A stretch of 63,569 bases of DNA, filler included, from Phoronis australis (lineage: Eukaryota > Animalia > Phoronida), in the NCBI GenBank assembly GCA_002633005.1. It is 4 parts of 4 records of this genome, joined end to end, with 100 filler letters (N's around TTAATTAATTAA, not from the genome) between each part and the next. Parts side by side here need not be neighbours in the genome. Positions count along the whole stretch, not along the records: positions 19,028 to 40,737 come from NMRA01001403.1; 3 more parts are not named here. One strand, 5' to 3'. Below are positions 26,601 through 39,207 of this stretch, piece by piece. The position numbers and the translations under genes were made by a program. The stretch's first letter is position 1; each line of letters starts with the position of its first letter. The notes beneath the pieces were generated by a model. The model worked only from the letters and a program-made list of their open reading frames with translations. It was not told the origin of the DNA and searched no databases.

Positions 26601-28216
26601 ATTGTGCTCTGTTAATTTTGCCTACTGAACTTGGTAACTTTGTACTTGGATCTGTCGAGCGGCTATCACGGTATTGCGCTCTGGGAACTTCTTCGTGTTT
26701 CTTGCGATTACTACTGTATGCCTGGATAAAACTGCGTCAAATATCTACTTTGACGTCCATCTGTTATCTTTCATGGTTGAACCACTACAGGAGATTTGAT
26801 ATTTTACCCATAGACACGACGAGGCAACATGGCTCACAGTGGTGACAAGATAAGAGATCCTTACCTAAACTAAACGACTCAAACAGAAAGAAAAGAAGGA
26901 AAGACGTGCGGCTGATGGTAAATGAAATTTGGCTCATTTATTTTGGCACAGAACACGATCGCGGGGAATCTCTGAGAAGTAAACTATCGGTTACTACATT
27001 GCAATTCCGAGCTGACCAAACGCCTACTGCTTGGTGCGTACTATTAAATACTAGTCTGTCCTGCTTCTACATGTAGCTACGAAATGTATCTCGGTAGTTA
27101 TTGGGACATGGCGGCCCTGGCATTAATACTACTTCGAACTTATAAAGTACATGTAGTAGTCCGAGAACTCACTGAGAAATTATTTGTTTTAAAGTTAAAT
27201 ACAGAAGAAACTTCATCGAGTTTCATTGTCTGTTGACATTGCTACATGTAAATATACAGTATGGTTTCTCATTTACTGTAGCTATTGACCCATTAGTTGT
27301 CTGTAGTTACAATAGTTATGGATCCCCTCATTTGGCTAGTGACCTGACCTTCACCCTACAACCCAAAAGTTGATTTAGTTTTAGAAAATGCGACAACATA
27401 ACTTCAGGAAGATGAATAAATTTAGCTCCGGAGTCGGGAGCGGATCCAAAATTTTGAATTACGGGTAGTCAGGGTATGAACCAGGATTTTGACCGTCAGA
27501 CATTCGCACACCCGAACTGACAAATGGAATGTGAGTTAGTTTCATGTGGGGTGGCATGGCCCCCTTGGCCCCATCAAAATCTGCCACTGGGAATAATCTT
27601 AAATATAAGAAAGCTAGTTTCAAATTATTTTGTTTGCAAAATTACAAAATTATTGTTGAAGCGAATATACTGTACAAACCACACCATCGTAGATTGACAG
27701 CTTGTATTCGGTTGATATTTGAAACACTAAAAGAATTAAATTTCGAAGCAGTATTACTTCAAGATAGTACCACCGTCCCAACTGCCACTGTAAAGACACT
27801 AGTTGTCACATGAGCCCTCCACAAGGCGGAGGTTCAAAATTCCGTTAATCAAACTGAAACTACACTACTATTCTTGTATTTTTGTCCTATAAAGGTTAAC
27901 AAATTTAAAGCACAATCGTTTGTGGATCGATTTTCAAAGTTAAAATACATCAATTGAGGATAATTTTTGTGTTACAAATTCCAATCCACAGCAAACAAAA
28001 ATTGTCAATGAATTGCACTGAGTTTAAGTAACACAGTACTTAAAATTGGCATGGGAACAAATTATCTGCGTGGTGCATAGCAATAGGGAGTCGCGAGGAG
28101 TACCACTCGATCCAAAGGAAAATTTGCCCTGGGTCAACGAACTACCTGCAAGTTTCATGTATAATTCCTTTTTGTTAATTCCAATATGACCCCATCCATT
28201 CGTTAATGTCACTTAC

Positions 28217-28509
28217 CTGAACACATTGTCGTCCATGTCTTCCCCAAATAGCTGCTGTATGCCAGGTGGAGGTGGTTTGAATTTCATTTGCGTGATGCCA
28301 GTCCCTTTCAGTAGTTTGTCCAAACTCACTGGCTCAGCGACTGCAACGGTAACTTGGTGACCAAGTTTAACAAGTTCAGTCCCTATCGACATGTGCTCGT
28401 GCATATGACTGTAGAAAGGTGCGGAGACAAACAAGACACGGTCGCTGTGAATTTCTCGTGGCTGGATCGTCAGTGCAAACACGAACACGTTCAACAAATG
28501 TACACCCAT
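28217..28509 (-). CDS. UDP-glucuronosyltransferase exon 1 (signal peptide and N-terminal domain)
   Basis: MGVHLLNVFVFALTIQ...RVLFVSAPFYSHMHEHMSIGTELVKLGHQVTV carries the UGT 'SH...L..RGH.VT' pattern; gtaagt donor. Confidence 0.85.
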
Positions 28510-29199
28510 GTTTCCAGTCTGTTCCCTATACATGTACATGTATTCTAAAGCAATGCAAAGATATGACTCGAAAGACCATAGCCCTCTTCGATTTCAGTTT
28601 AGCAGCCCATTGCAGGCCAAACGCTGTTCACAACGGAGCGTACATGTACATGTACAATTGTTCGGGTGAACTCTTTCCCTTTGCATTCCTCTGGTTCACT
28701 GTTATTCAGACATTCCATTTTTTGTGACAGTAGTTGAACGCGCGCACATGTTAATATTTTCAACGCATTTCTATGCACCTGCAGAAAAAAGCTGAACGTT
28801 AGTTACAATGTATGTTGTGCTCTGCACAATTAGCGAGGTCCATTGAGGCCAAGAAGATGGTCGTCTCAGTTTGATGGGCCTGCCACACTTACAACACATC
28901 GCCACCGCATGGCTGAATCCTAGGAGACTCAGACCAGTCCTGAGGCTGTGATGAAGATTGTAATTAACTTGAACGAAAACGTATTTTTAGATATGAAATC
29001 TGTTTTGAGAAAATATCGTTGATAATTTGAGTATGTGTTTCTGCGAAAATGGCATTAATTCTTCGTAATTCACCTAGACTGCCACCGGGAAATGGGATTT
29101 CAAGGCAAATGTCACAGACATGTGGAATTTGAATTTGTCATCGAGTAAAGATTAATGTTGAGGCTTAGAAGGCGTGTTTCAAACTGGAATATGTACCAA

Positions 29200-29466
29200 A
29201 TAAACACAGAAAAATCAGGAACCCCAACTGGGAATCGAACCACAGGTCTCTAGATTGCCGGTCTAGTGCTCTCACCGATAAACTACTGAGGACCCGATAT
29301 CCCGTGTGAAAAAGGCGAAAAGCCGCTCATGGGATGTATGACTTAACAGTTGGCTGTAAACAGTAATATCGGGTCCTCAGCAGCTCAGTGGTGAGAGCTC
29401 TAGACCGGCAATCTAGAGACATGTGGTTCGATTCCAGTTTGGGGTTCCTGATTTTTCTGTGTTTAT
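29200..29466. repeat. Inverted pair of tRNA-derived (SINE-like) units
   Basis: 29200-29300 is close to the reverse complement of 29366-29466. The unit has an A-box-like AGCTCAGTGG, a stem-loop CTAGA-CCGGCAA-TCTAG and a B-box GGTTCGATTCC, followed by a T5 run. Confidence 0.75.
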
Positions 29467-29556
29467 ATTTCATTACTGGCCAACCTCAGCGTCTATATAT
29501 TTACTTTGGAATATATGTACGCCATACAAAGTTAGTAAATGAATCCACATTACAAT

Positions 29557-32500
29557 GGGGCTAGTCGGAGAATTCTCCTCTAGTGGTGATTGAATTGCGC
29601 ATGCGTCGCTGTCTGCATGTAAACAACTGGTAAAAGATGGAATTTTTATCAAAATACGTCGTCGCGCTAAGCTTTATTACTGCTAATTTCCCTGGTGCAA
29701 GTCTTCGACAGGTGGCCACAAATTCCCCAAAAAACCTAAGGTTACTATATTCGTGGACAATTGCGGTCAACGGGGTAAACTAACCTGACAAAAAGTGTGT
29801 GGATGCTGAAGCCCCGTGTGAGCTCTATGACTATGCAGTTCCATTCGGAGACTACACGACATTACTTGGTAAGTTTTTAGCAATCAGTTTCTATCAACAT
29901 CGTTCGGTGATGTTATCCCCACCAGTTACCCCACTGAATAACAGTTTTATTGAGTGGAACTAAGTGCTTCTTTTTGGAAACTCACCCGATGCCGGGTAGG
30001 CTAACAGCACATATTCATATTGTCCTGGGTGGGGTGCGCCCAAAATAAGAGGTGTATGGTACGTGATGCACAGAAGTCAAGAGTGACTTTTTCACAGCAG
30101 TTTCTCTTCAAAACTATGCTGTTTCCAATAAAATTCTCTAGATGAGTGAGTTTCCTTATTTTATCGTGGACCCCACCCCCAGGACCACCAGCTCAGTTAT
30201 CAATTAACATGAATAAGCCTTAATTCAGTAAATGTCGTAACATTGCATTGGAAAAAAATTGACACCTAGAATGAATTTTACTTGTTGAGATCAGAAGCAC
30301 ATTTAAGTGTCATGAAAAATACACATTGTTAAATCACTTTTAGCCTGTTTCACATATTTTAATTTTAGATATTAAATAAGACTTGGGTACAAAGGTTATT
30401 AGTTTCTACACATAAACATGAAGATGAAATGTCAAGTATGTTCTGCCTTACAAATGTAGTTTTGTCTTGTCTTTTCTTTTACAATTTGCTAATATTTCTA
30501 TTCTGTTACAGGCAAGAAAAAACAACTGAAACCAACCGCCTGACCATCTATTTCACCGTTGGACAAAGTGAAAAGCAATCCTTCAGCAATAACCTGAGAG
30601 AATTGAATGTAATTCAGAAATTCATCACCTGATATGCCTGATTATGGACTCCCTCGCAATGTTGTTTCTTTCTGTGCTTTTTCAGTTTGCCATTTGTTTT
30701 TAAATACACTGATAATTGTTTATTCTCGAATCTTGTGCATAGCAGATTCTTATCCAGCTAGCTACAATTGAAAACATACAATAAGACAATCGATGCAGTC
30801 ACTGAATGTCATTTCCCCATAATCTGTACCAAATTGAAAAGTTTTTACCAATAGTATAAAGCCTTTCTTCTGAAAGGAAAATTTAATGTCACTCAGCTTT
30901 TGGCTTTCATTTCACTGGGTTCTAGTTTCAATGGCCTATAGAAGCGCTTGTAAAAAAGGTCCAGTTTCAACACGTGGCTTTCTTTCATGTAACCTCATTC
31001 AGCCTCAATAACATCCACAATTAGACCCTTGAAGGTAAACACAGCAGCATATCACTTGAATCGTTTTGAGCCCAAAATCAGACTCTGAACTAGACCAGAG
31101 TGTGACTAGGTCTTCTTTAGCTTCAGTCCCTCATGTTTCTTCCAGGAAAGGAAATAAGCTATTGTCCACACATGACTCATTGCCTATGAAAGGGCATCCT
31201 CACCAACAAGGCTTATTTGTGTAGCAGTCAGATATAGTTCGTCTGGATACACAGACACTCCACTGGCACATTGTCTTATGGTAACTTAGTACTGCGATTC
31301 ACATTTCTCCAGGGCCACTGACTTGCACATTGTGCCATGCAGCACTGCTGGTGTGTGGAAGTGCTGTGGGAAGAGAACGGAGTAACAAAGCTTGTCTATG
31401 ATACAGCTTGAAGTGGCCTTAAAATGTCACTGAACCTGGAACAAATATTGAAATATGAATAATTAAGTACTCCAGATTGGATCAAAAATGTTATCCCTGT
31501 TTTTCAAAAATATATGGTGATTGGTCTACAGTTTCACATAAAAGTAAATAATTACTATTTTCAGAAACCAAGGGTGTATATAATGAGTATTGCATAAAAC
31601 TGTGTCTTTATTTTTTATCCCTAGCCATAACAATTCTTTAAACGCATCACTTGTCTGTAAAATATACAAGTTTTTTGAGACAACTTCAAACCTTTGTTAC
31701 CCATTTTCAAGCCTTTTTAATTTTGATACTTTCAGCAATTTTAAACTCAGATTACAGGTTCATGGGTCTGTCAAGCATACTTCTAGCCTAAGGTTGAGGG
31801 AACCGTTTTTCTTCTAATAGAAGATATGAAGACTTGGGTCATTTAAAAATGATGGATAATCTTTCTGTTGTTTAAGAGTAATTACAAATCGTAAGGCACC
31901 ATCAAAAATGCAATTTTCACAAAAATGGCAGTCATTTGAATTTATAACGACTTGCAACATTTCAAGGCATGAGTTAAGACTATTCAGTCACTGTGAATTC
32001 GGAAAATGTAATATATTTTCGTGGTTTTACAATTGATACAAGTAGCAAAACAGTTTCATGAAATCAACTTGAAGGGACTTCGTGAAGGTTAAGAATTACC
32101 TCACCATGCTCTTTTCCCCAAACATGTATTACCTGTTATTTCCACACATTCAGTTGTACCAAATATTACAACCCCCCATGCCAATCCCCCCTCGGGACCT
32201 GAATAAGTAATTTAACAAAATGACTTTAAAAATAGCTGTTCCTTTTCAAAGGCTTTGTTCGTTGTCTCCAATATTGAAAGTAGGCTTTGACAACAGATCT
32301 GCACTGGATGGGAAGATCTTGTTGGTTAGCTGCAGTCAAATGCTAAAAACCAATTTTTGTCCATTCAGGGACGGTGCAGAAGCGATGCATATCTCCTCTG
32401 CACGGTACAAGCCTTCAAACCTAAAAACCAAAGGTTACGTGAAAACTGACGTGATAGATTTCCATTTCAACGTGTAATAGATTTCCAGAAGACATATGAT

Positions 32501-33014
32501 AGGGAGTAAACAAATAGTCTAATGCAATGGATATTTATCACTCACGTACCCTTTGCCATTGGGATTGGATTGTAATCTTAACTCAAATTTAACCTGTATC
32601 GAGTTGACAGCATAAATATTCAGCTTTGATTGATGTAACTGCCACTGATAAACTTTTAGAAATCATTCCAAACAATAATAATGCTGTGATGTACGAAAAG
32701 ATCCCGATTGCTACGTCCAGACTCTGACTGGCGACTGACTGCCGCGAAGTCGACATCGGCGAGTGCCTCCGTTAACAGGCATCGGTAGAATAATCATGGA
32801 ATAATCGTTAAAATGATCACAAACCTTACCTTTGTATGAGGTCGTGCTTACTTCCCCTCATAGAAGCACCTTTTTTACGCAATCTCAGATTCAGTTGGCA
32901 CGGCTGCAAGCCATTTCACCATGTATTTAAAGGGCTCGCGATATCGAGGCTGTTAATCTATCACCACTAGTACACGCACGCCCTCTAGTTGTTGTAGGTT
33001 TTCCGAATAGCCCC
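29557..33014. mobile_element. Decayed ISL2EU-like (PIF/Harbinger-related) DNA transposon
   Basis: Termini AT|GGGGCTAGTCGGAGAA ... TTTTCCGAATAGCCCC|AT plus a subterminal CTAGTGGTGAT inverted pair. Plus-strand THAP-like remnant at ~29670-29860; minus-strand YqaJ/lambda-exonuclease remnant at ~30930-31370. Confidence 0.7.
30930..31370 (-). pseudogene. YqaJ-like viral recombinase/exonuclease remnant
   Basis: HFHTPAVLHG...VALEK..GVSVYPDELYLTATQISLVGEDAL (compare 'GL.V.P..PYLGASPDGLV') and later VQSLIL...AVFTFKGLIVDVI...LKLDLFYKRFYRPL; contains internal stops. Confidence 0.6.
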
Positions 33015-33059
33015 ATTACTGCAGCTACTCTGAGAAGAAAGTTTATTTGTGCTATACAT

Positions 33060-33600
33060 GTACAGTACTCCGTGCTCTAATGTGAACCGATCGGAGTCGG
33101 GGTTATCACAGTAACGGTCGCGGACTCGGCCTCTTACTATAGAAAAATGTTCATCAACACAATCTTGGTTAACACTATTTTTATAAAAGTTGAAAACCAT
33201 AAATTGTATGAAGGTGTTCCCCAAGGCCGAGTAAAATCTTTTCAGTTTGCCATCCTTCCAAGCTACATGTACATGTAGGTAAAAGCTTACAATTTCTATT
33301 TGACTTCATTTCCCATTTTAGCCAATGTGCTTGACAGAAAAGTAAATACTGGACTTGAATTGGGAGACAGCGCTCTCTCTTAAAGAACACAGATTGATGA
33401 ACACTGGAGCTAATAAATACAATAAATACATGTATATTGCCATAAGTTTCAACAACCTGGACTGTATTAATAGAATTTCCAGACAAATATAAAGTCGTAA
33501 TTCTAGCAGCCACGGAATGAGACAATACGTGAACTGCCATTGGTACTCTCATGGCCGTTAAATGATGACAGTCTGATGACCTTCACAAAAAATCTAATCT
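33060..33600 (-). mobile_element. P-element/THAP9-type transposase remnant
   Basis: MRVPMAVHVLSHSVAA (compare 'KMRVKLAAQVLSHSVA') and NQDCVDEHFSIVRGR...CDNPDSDRF (compare 'QD.LE.FF...R..GG..DNP'); frameshifted. Confidence 0.7.
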
Positions 33601-34450
33601 TTTTCATTACAAGAGAACAGCAGGCTACATTTTTACAACATAAACACAATTGCACGGTGAAGTAAGAAATCGAACATTTACACTAACATAGTGTTACTTG
33701 CCTTAGTTCATTGGTAACAATTTATCTTCGACGTGGAGACTACATGTACAACCGTACGCTACAAACAGGTAGGGCTAAATCTCAAGTGCGTTTCAGATCT
33801 AAGCATTCCTTGCATATCCTGCACCCGAGCCGCAGCTTGACTGTATACATGTAATGTATTATCGCACCAAAGTGTTCATGGCCAGTCCACTGAGGGCACC
33901 AGTGCACTGACCCTGTAACCGAGCTGTGAACATGAAAGATATTTGACGGTAAGCACAACACTACTTCACTCATATTTTTGTAGCATTCCTTGAAAATGGT
34001 GTGCAATAGTTCATTAGCGATCGATGCTCTTACGACCCAGGCTTGGCCTCAGCAATGAGCTAAATACAAGAACAGGTATATTTATCCATTTTAGTCTCAG
34101 TACCACGTATTGCTATTGAAAGGCTTATCACTGATTATACATGTATGTCCTCTTTTTGTTAGTGATCAAGTTTGCAATGAAATTGTAACCACGTCTTTAT
34201 CTAATTACATGGGTCATTTGACATATTACACTACTGGCCAACCTCAGAGTCTATTGTATATCTAATTATCACATGTGCTGGGAAATTGCTGATTGTACAT
34301 AACTGTCCAAATCTCGTGTGAAAAAGACGAAACGATAAATATTGTTTTCGTCATGACTTAAAATCTAATTTCACTATGAATGGTTTGCAGCATGGGTATC
34401 AGAAAAATGATTGAATAACCACAGTGAGACCTGCAGGTTGTGCCTTTATA

Positions 34451-35048
34451 CGGTGGCTGTAAAAGGACGACACGGTAACTTGTTTTCTTCGTTGATAACG
34501 CTATCGATAGACTTAGTCACTCTATCGATAGACTTACAATCTTGATCGATAGACTTAGTAACTCTATCGATAGACTTACTTTCTCTGTCATTACACTCAA
34601 CTCTCTCGATAGACTTACTATATGTGTCGATAGACTTAGTAACTCTGTTGATCATGAGACTTATTATCTCTGTCAATAAAATTATTAACTCTATCGATAG
34701 ACTTATTAACTCTATCGATAGACTTAGTACTAACTCTTTTGATAGACTTACTATCTCTCTCGGTAGCGTTAATAACTGTTGGAGGTATGGGAGATATAAA
34801 TCATCATGGGATTCACACAAAATCATTCAACTGTTTAAATAACCCTTGTGCCTGTCACTGTGCCTGTATTGTGGGTCGTGATACTTTGTACATGTACATC
34901 CTAAACACATTGATGGAGTTAACAAATCTATCGACAGTGATAGTGGATCTATCGATAGCGATAGTTAGTCTATCAATAGATTTAATAAGTCTATCGACAG
35001 AGTTAGCAACGGAGAAAAAGTTGCCCTGCCGTCCTTTTACAGGCACCC
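34451..35048. mobile_element. TA-flanked inverted-repeat element with 21-bp subterminal tandem arrays
   Basis: Ends CGGTGGCTGTAAAAGGACG and CGTCCTTTTACAGGCACCC; arrays of ACTCTATCGATAGACTTA(nnn) at 34495-34760, reversed at 34920-35005. Confidence 0.75.
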
Positions 35049-37236
35049 TAAAAACGAACCATTTCATCAAAACCAGACATTTTTTGCGACGCCGAAGTCA
35101 ATAAGTCGCCAAAAACGTGTCACAGTTACCTTGTGCTTGGTGACGCTCCAAAACACCGTACATGTATGAGTACCATTATTATTTCATTTTAAGTAAGACC
35201 TAGTTTGAAAAAATAGACAATATGCTTGTTTTGGTCCTCCATATTAATTTGAAACCGAGATAACAACCTCGATATCGTTACACTATCGATAGTCTACCGA
35301 TAGAGATATTAAGTGTGTCGATACAAATAGTGTTCACGTATTTCAAACCGGCCTAATTTACTATCAAATTGTAGTCTACACCATTTCGACAAGCGAATGT
35401 AAGTGACACAAAAAAAGACCACTGTAGCAAAAACAATTCTCAAAATTTCTTTTGCAGCTGCAGCCTGTGTGCTGTAGGCTCTTCATTGAAGTTATGTGCA
35501 TCTTTTCCCGATAGGATTACTTTCAGTCAGGCTACATTGAATTTTCGGACGAAACACATGTAAATTCCAGGAATACATCCCAGATGACATATTGACGATC
35601 TACGTGCTGCCAAAAAAGCGAACATAGTTCGTGCAACAGGATAGAAAGTTACTTGGATGTTTGAATTAAGTTTTTGTCCTTTCACCAGCTATAAAATGTC
35701 CCAAAGCGACATCATTTGACTTGTTCATGTCTCCCTCCAATTGCCACATGACCAAACATAAATCCGACAGTGAATTTCAGTAGATTTGCTCTTACACTTT
35801 TTATTGTTAACATTTTCAGGCGTAAAACATAATTGGTTCTGGTGTAACATTATATTTTGTTGGCTAAGTCCGTTCTTAAGAACACTTTGATCGCCATTTG
35901 CAAGCATGCCGGATTGGAACGCCAGTCCCATGTTTGGTGTCGCCAAATGGGGGTGAAAACGAGAACTTCTCTCGATCAATGAAGAATCCCCCATCACTTT
36001 TGCTCATCTGAAGTCGATTTTTTAAAGGAAGCAACTGAAAAATGTCGCACCCCTGACTCGATTTTTGAAAATAAANNNNNNNNNNNNNNNNNNNNNNNNN
36101 NNNNNNNNNNNNNNNNNNNNNNNNNNNNNNNNNNNNNNNNNNNNNNNNNNNNNNNNNNNNNNNNNNNNNNNNNNNNNNNNNNNNNNNNNNNNNNNNNNNN
36201 NNNNNNNNNNNNNNNNNNNNNNNNNNNNNNNNNNNNNNNNNNNNNNNNNNNNNNNNNNNNNNNNNNNNNNNNNNNNNNNNNNNNNNNNNNNNNNNNNNNN
36301 NNNNNNNNNNNNNNNNNNNNNNNNNNNNNNNNNNNNNNNNNNNNNNNNNNNNNNNNNNNNNNNNNNNNNNNNNNNNNNNNNNNNNNNNNNNNNNNNNNNN
36401 NNNNNNNNNNNNNNNNNNNNNNNNNNNNNNNNNNNNNNNNNNNNNNNNNNNNNNNNNNNNNNNNNNNNNNNNNNNNNNNNNNNNNNNNNNNNNNNNNNNN
36501 NNNNNNNNNNNNNNNNNNNNNNNNNNNNNNNNNNNNNNNNNNNNNNNNNNNNNNNNNNNNNNNNNNNNNNNNNNNNNNNNNNNNNNNNNNNNNNNNNNNN
36601 NNNNNNNNNNNNNNNNNNNNNNNNNNNNNNNNNNNNNNNNNNNNNNNNNNNNNNNNNNNNNNNNNNNNNNNNNNNNNNNNNNNNNNNNNNNNNNNNNNNN
36701 NNNNNNNNNNNNNNNNNNNNNNNNNNNNNNNNNNNNNNNNNNNNNNNNNNNNNNNNNNNNNNNNNNNNNNNNNNNNNNNNNNNNNNNNNNNNNNNNNNNN
36801 NNNNNNNNNNNNNNNNNNNNNNNNNNNNNNNNNNNNNNNNNNNNNNNNNNNNNNNNNNNNNNNNNNNNNNNNNNNNNNNNNNNNNNNNNNNNNNNNNNNN
36901 NNNNNNNNNNNNNNNNNNNNNNNNNTTTTTTTTGTACAGATTTTGAATTTCTAATGCTGTCAAAGCATTTCTTCTTTCGTTTCAAAGTCACAAAAATGAT
37001 ATGTCAAGTTACCGTCACTTTGTCAATTTTCTCCCACACGACATACATGTACAGTGTAGCACGTCTCTGCACTTTATGGTAAGATTTTGACGAAGCACAT
37101 TTCTCTATTTTTAATGAAAACGCAATATGTGACCTATAATGCAACATAGTCAGTGACGACTTTCCGATTTCTTTGAGTGCATGCGCTCACATATGTTGCT
37201 AGGGGCGGGTTGTCATAAAACTCTATGTACTAGATG

Positions 37237-39207
37237 GAAGAGTTTGTACTTCGTCTGTTTTCCGAATGTAATAAAAACCTGGTGATATGTTTTTAAAATT
37301 CTTGCAATACACAAAGTCAGCGACTTTAAAAAGTCTTGAGTCTTAAGCTCCAAACAAGTGCTTCAGAAAAATAATAAAATCTTGCGTGAGCAACACTGCA
37401 AAGTTTCTCAGGATACACACATACGCGCCCGCACACGTAGTTATAAGTGGAATTTTAGAAACTGTACATCGTGCTGTATGTCAGTTAAATATCTGTTGAT
37501 CATTTAATCGATAGCTGAAGCTACCCCTTGCCTTGGGCGTGGGCGATAAAGGTGCTTCTGAGAATTTCATCCATTATGGTAATAGCCATTTAAAATCAAA
37601 ATATTGTATCTATTTTCCTTTCTTTTCACGCCAGAATCAACACATGTGACGATATAAAGTACGAACGTGTCTAAAGCTGAGATGTGACCAGGATCCCATC
37701 CACACCCACATTGGAGAAACCAAGAGACCGTTCCTTACAAGATTCAAAGAACACAAGAAACTAGACAGACCTACAGCTGTGGGGGAACACATACATGTAT
37801 GGGCGACTGGACATTCCATCTCCCTCGCGTCATCCAAGATCTTAGACAATTAAAGGCGAATGCAACCTTTTTTCATGTCATTTTTAGCAAAAATGGGGTT
37901 CGTTGATTATTCCAGACATATTTTTCACTTATTTACAGCTTTTCGTAATATAATTAATTACTCGTCGTCTACTCCGGAAGTTACGTTTTGGGAGGCAAGA
38001 ATTTCGCGCCAATTTCTTTTCATACAGTCTGACTGTGAGAGCACTCGAGTCGGGCATTGTTCTACCTCGGTTGTGATAAGTTCGGTCGTCGTTTGCTTTT
38101 GTTTACGAGTCAGTCAACATGCCACGCTGTTGCTGCCTACCGAGATGTACTCATTATCGTCTCACGTACAAAGGAAGAACTGTCCCACTTGCCCGAGTGT
38201 CCCGCGACACACTTCCAGTGGNGAAGAGTTTGTACTTCGTCTGTTTTCCGAATGTAATAAAAACCTGGTGATATGTTTTTAAAATTCTTGCAATACCCAA
38301 AGTCAGCGACTTTAAAAAGTCTTGAGTCTTAAGCTCCAAACAAGTGCTTTAGAAAAATAATAAAATCTTGCGTGAGCAACACTGCAAAGTTTCTCAGGAT
38401 ACACACATACGCGCCCGCACACGTAGTTATAAGTGGAATTTTAGAAACTGTACATCGTGCTGTCTGTCAGTTAAATATCTGTTGATCATTTAATCGATAG
38501 CTGAAGCTACCCCTTGCCTTGGGCGTGGGAGATAAAGGTGCTTCTGAGAATTTTATCCATTATGGTAACAGCCATTTAAAATCAAAATATTGTATCTATT
38601 TTCCCTTCTTTTCACGCCAGAATCAACACATGTGACGATATAAAGTACGAACGTGTCTGAAGCTGAAATGTGACCAGGATCCCATCCACACCCACATTGG
38701 AGAAACCAAGAGACCGTTCCTTACAAGATTCATAGAACACAAGAAACTAGACATACCTACAGCTGTGGGGGAACACAAACATGTATGGGCGACTGGACAT
38801 TCCATCTCCCTCGCGTCATCCAAGATCTTAGACAATTGAAGGCGAATGCAACCTTCTTTCATGTCATTTTTAGCAAAAATGGGGTTCGTTGATTATTCCA
38901 GACATATTTTTCACTTATTTACAGCTTTTCGTAATATAATTAATTACTCGTCGTCTACTCCGGAAGTTACGTTTTGGGAGGAAAGAATTTCGCGCCAATT
39001 TCTTTTCATAAAGTCTGACTGTGAGAGCACTCGAGTCGAGCATTGTTCTACCTCGGTTGTGATAAGTTCGGTCTTCGTTTGCTTTTGTTTACGAGTCAGT
39101 CAACATGCCACGCTGTTGCTGCCTACCGAAATGTACTCATTATCGTCTCACGTACAAAGGAAGAACTGTCCCACTTGCCCGAGTGTCCCGCGACACACTT
39201 CCAGTGG
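37237..39207. repeat. 986-bp-period near-identical tandem duplication joined at a single N (38222)
   Basis: 37237-38221 versus 38223-39207; duplicated ORF-track entries 37637/38623 and 37860/38846. Confidence 0.92.

Noticed and set aside
29371-29448. Functional tRNA-Ala(GGC)
   Set aside because: Poor acceptor and T stems, C instead of U33, an anticodon atypical for eukaryotic Ala, and a degenerate inverted twin; better explained as SINE-like.
34446-34826. Repetitive SIDR/LSIE ORFs as coiled-coil proteins
   Set aside because: They are a by-product of the 21-bp DNA tandem repeat and are open on both strands.
35876-36991. Long ORFs of 293-371 aa in the ORF track
   Set aside because: They consist almost entirely of X residues translated from the N-gap.
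37237-39207. 986-bp tandem duplication as a biological event
   Set aside because: The junction is a single N, typical of overlapping contig ends from a heterozygous assembly.
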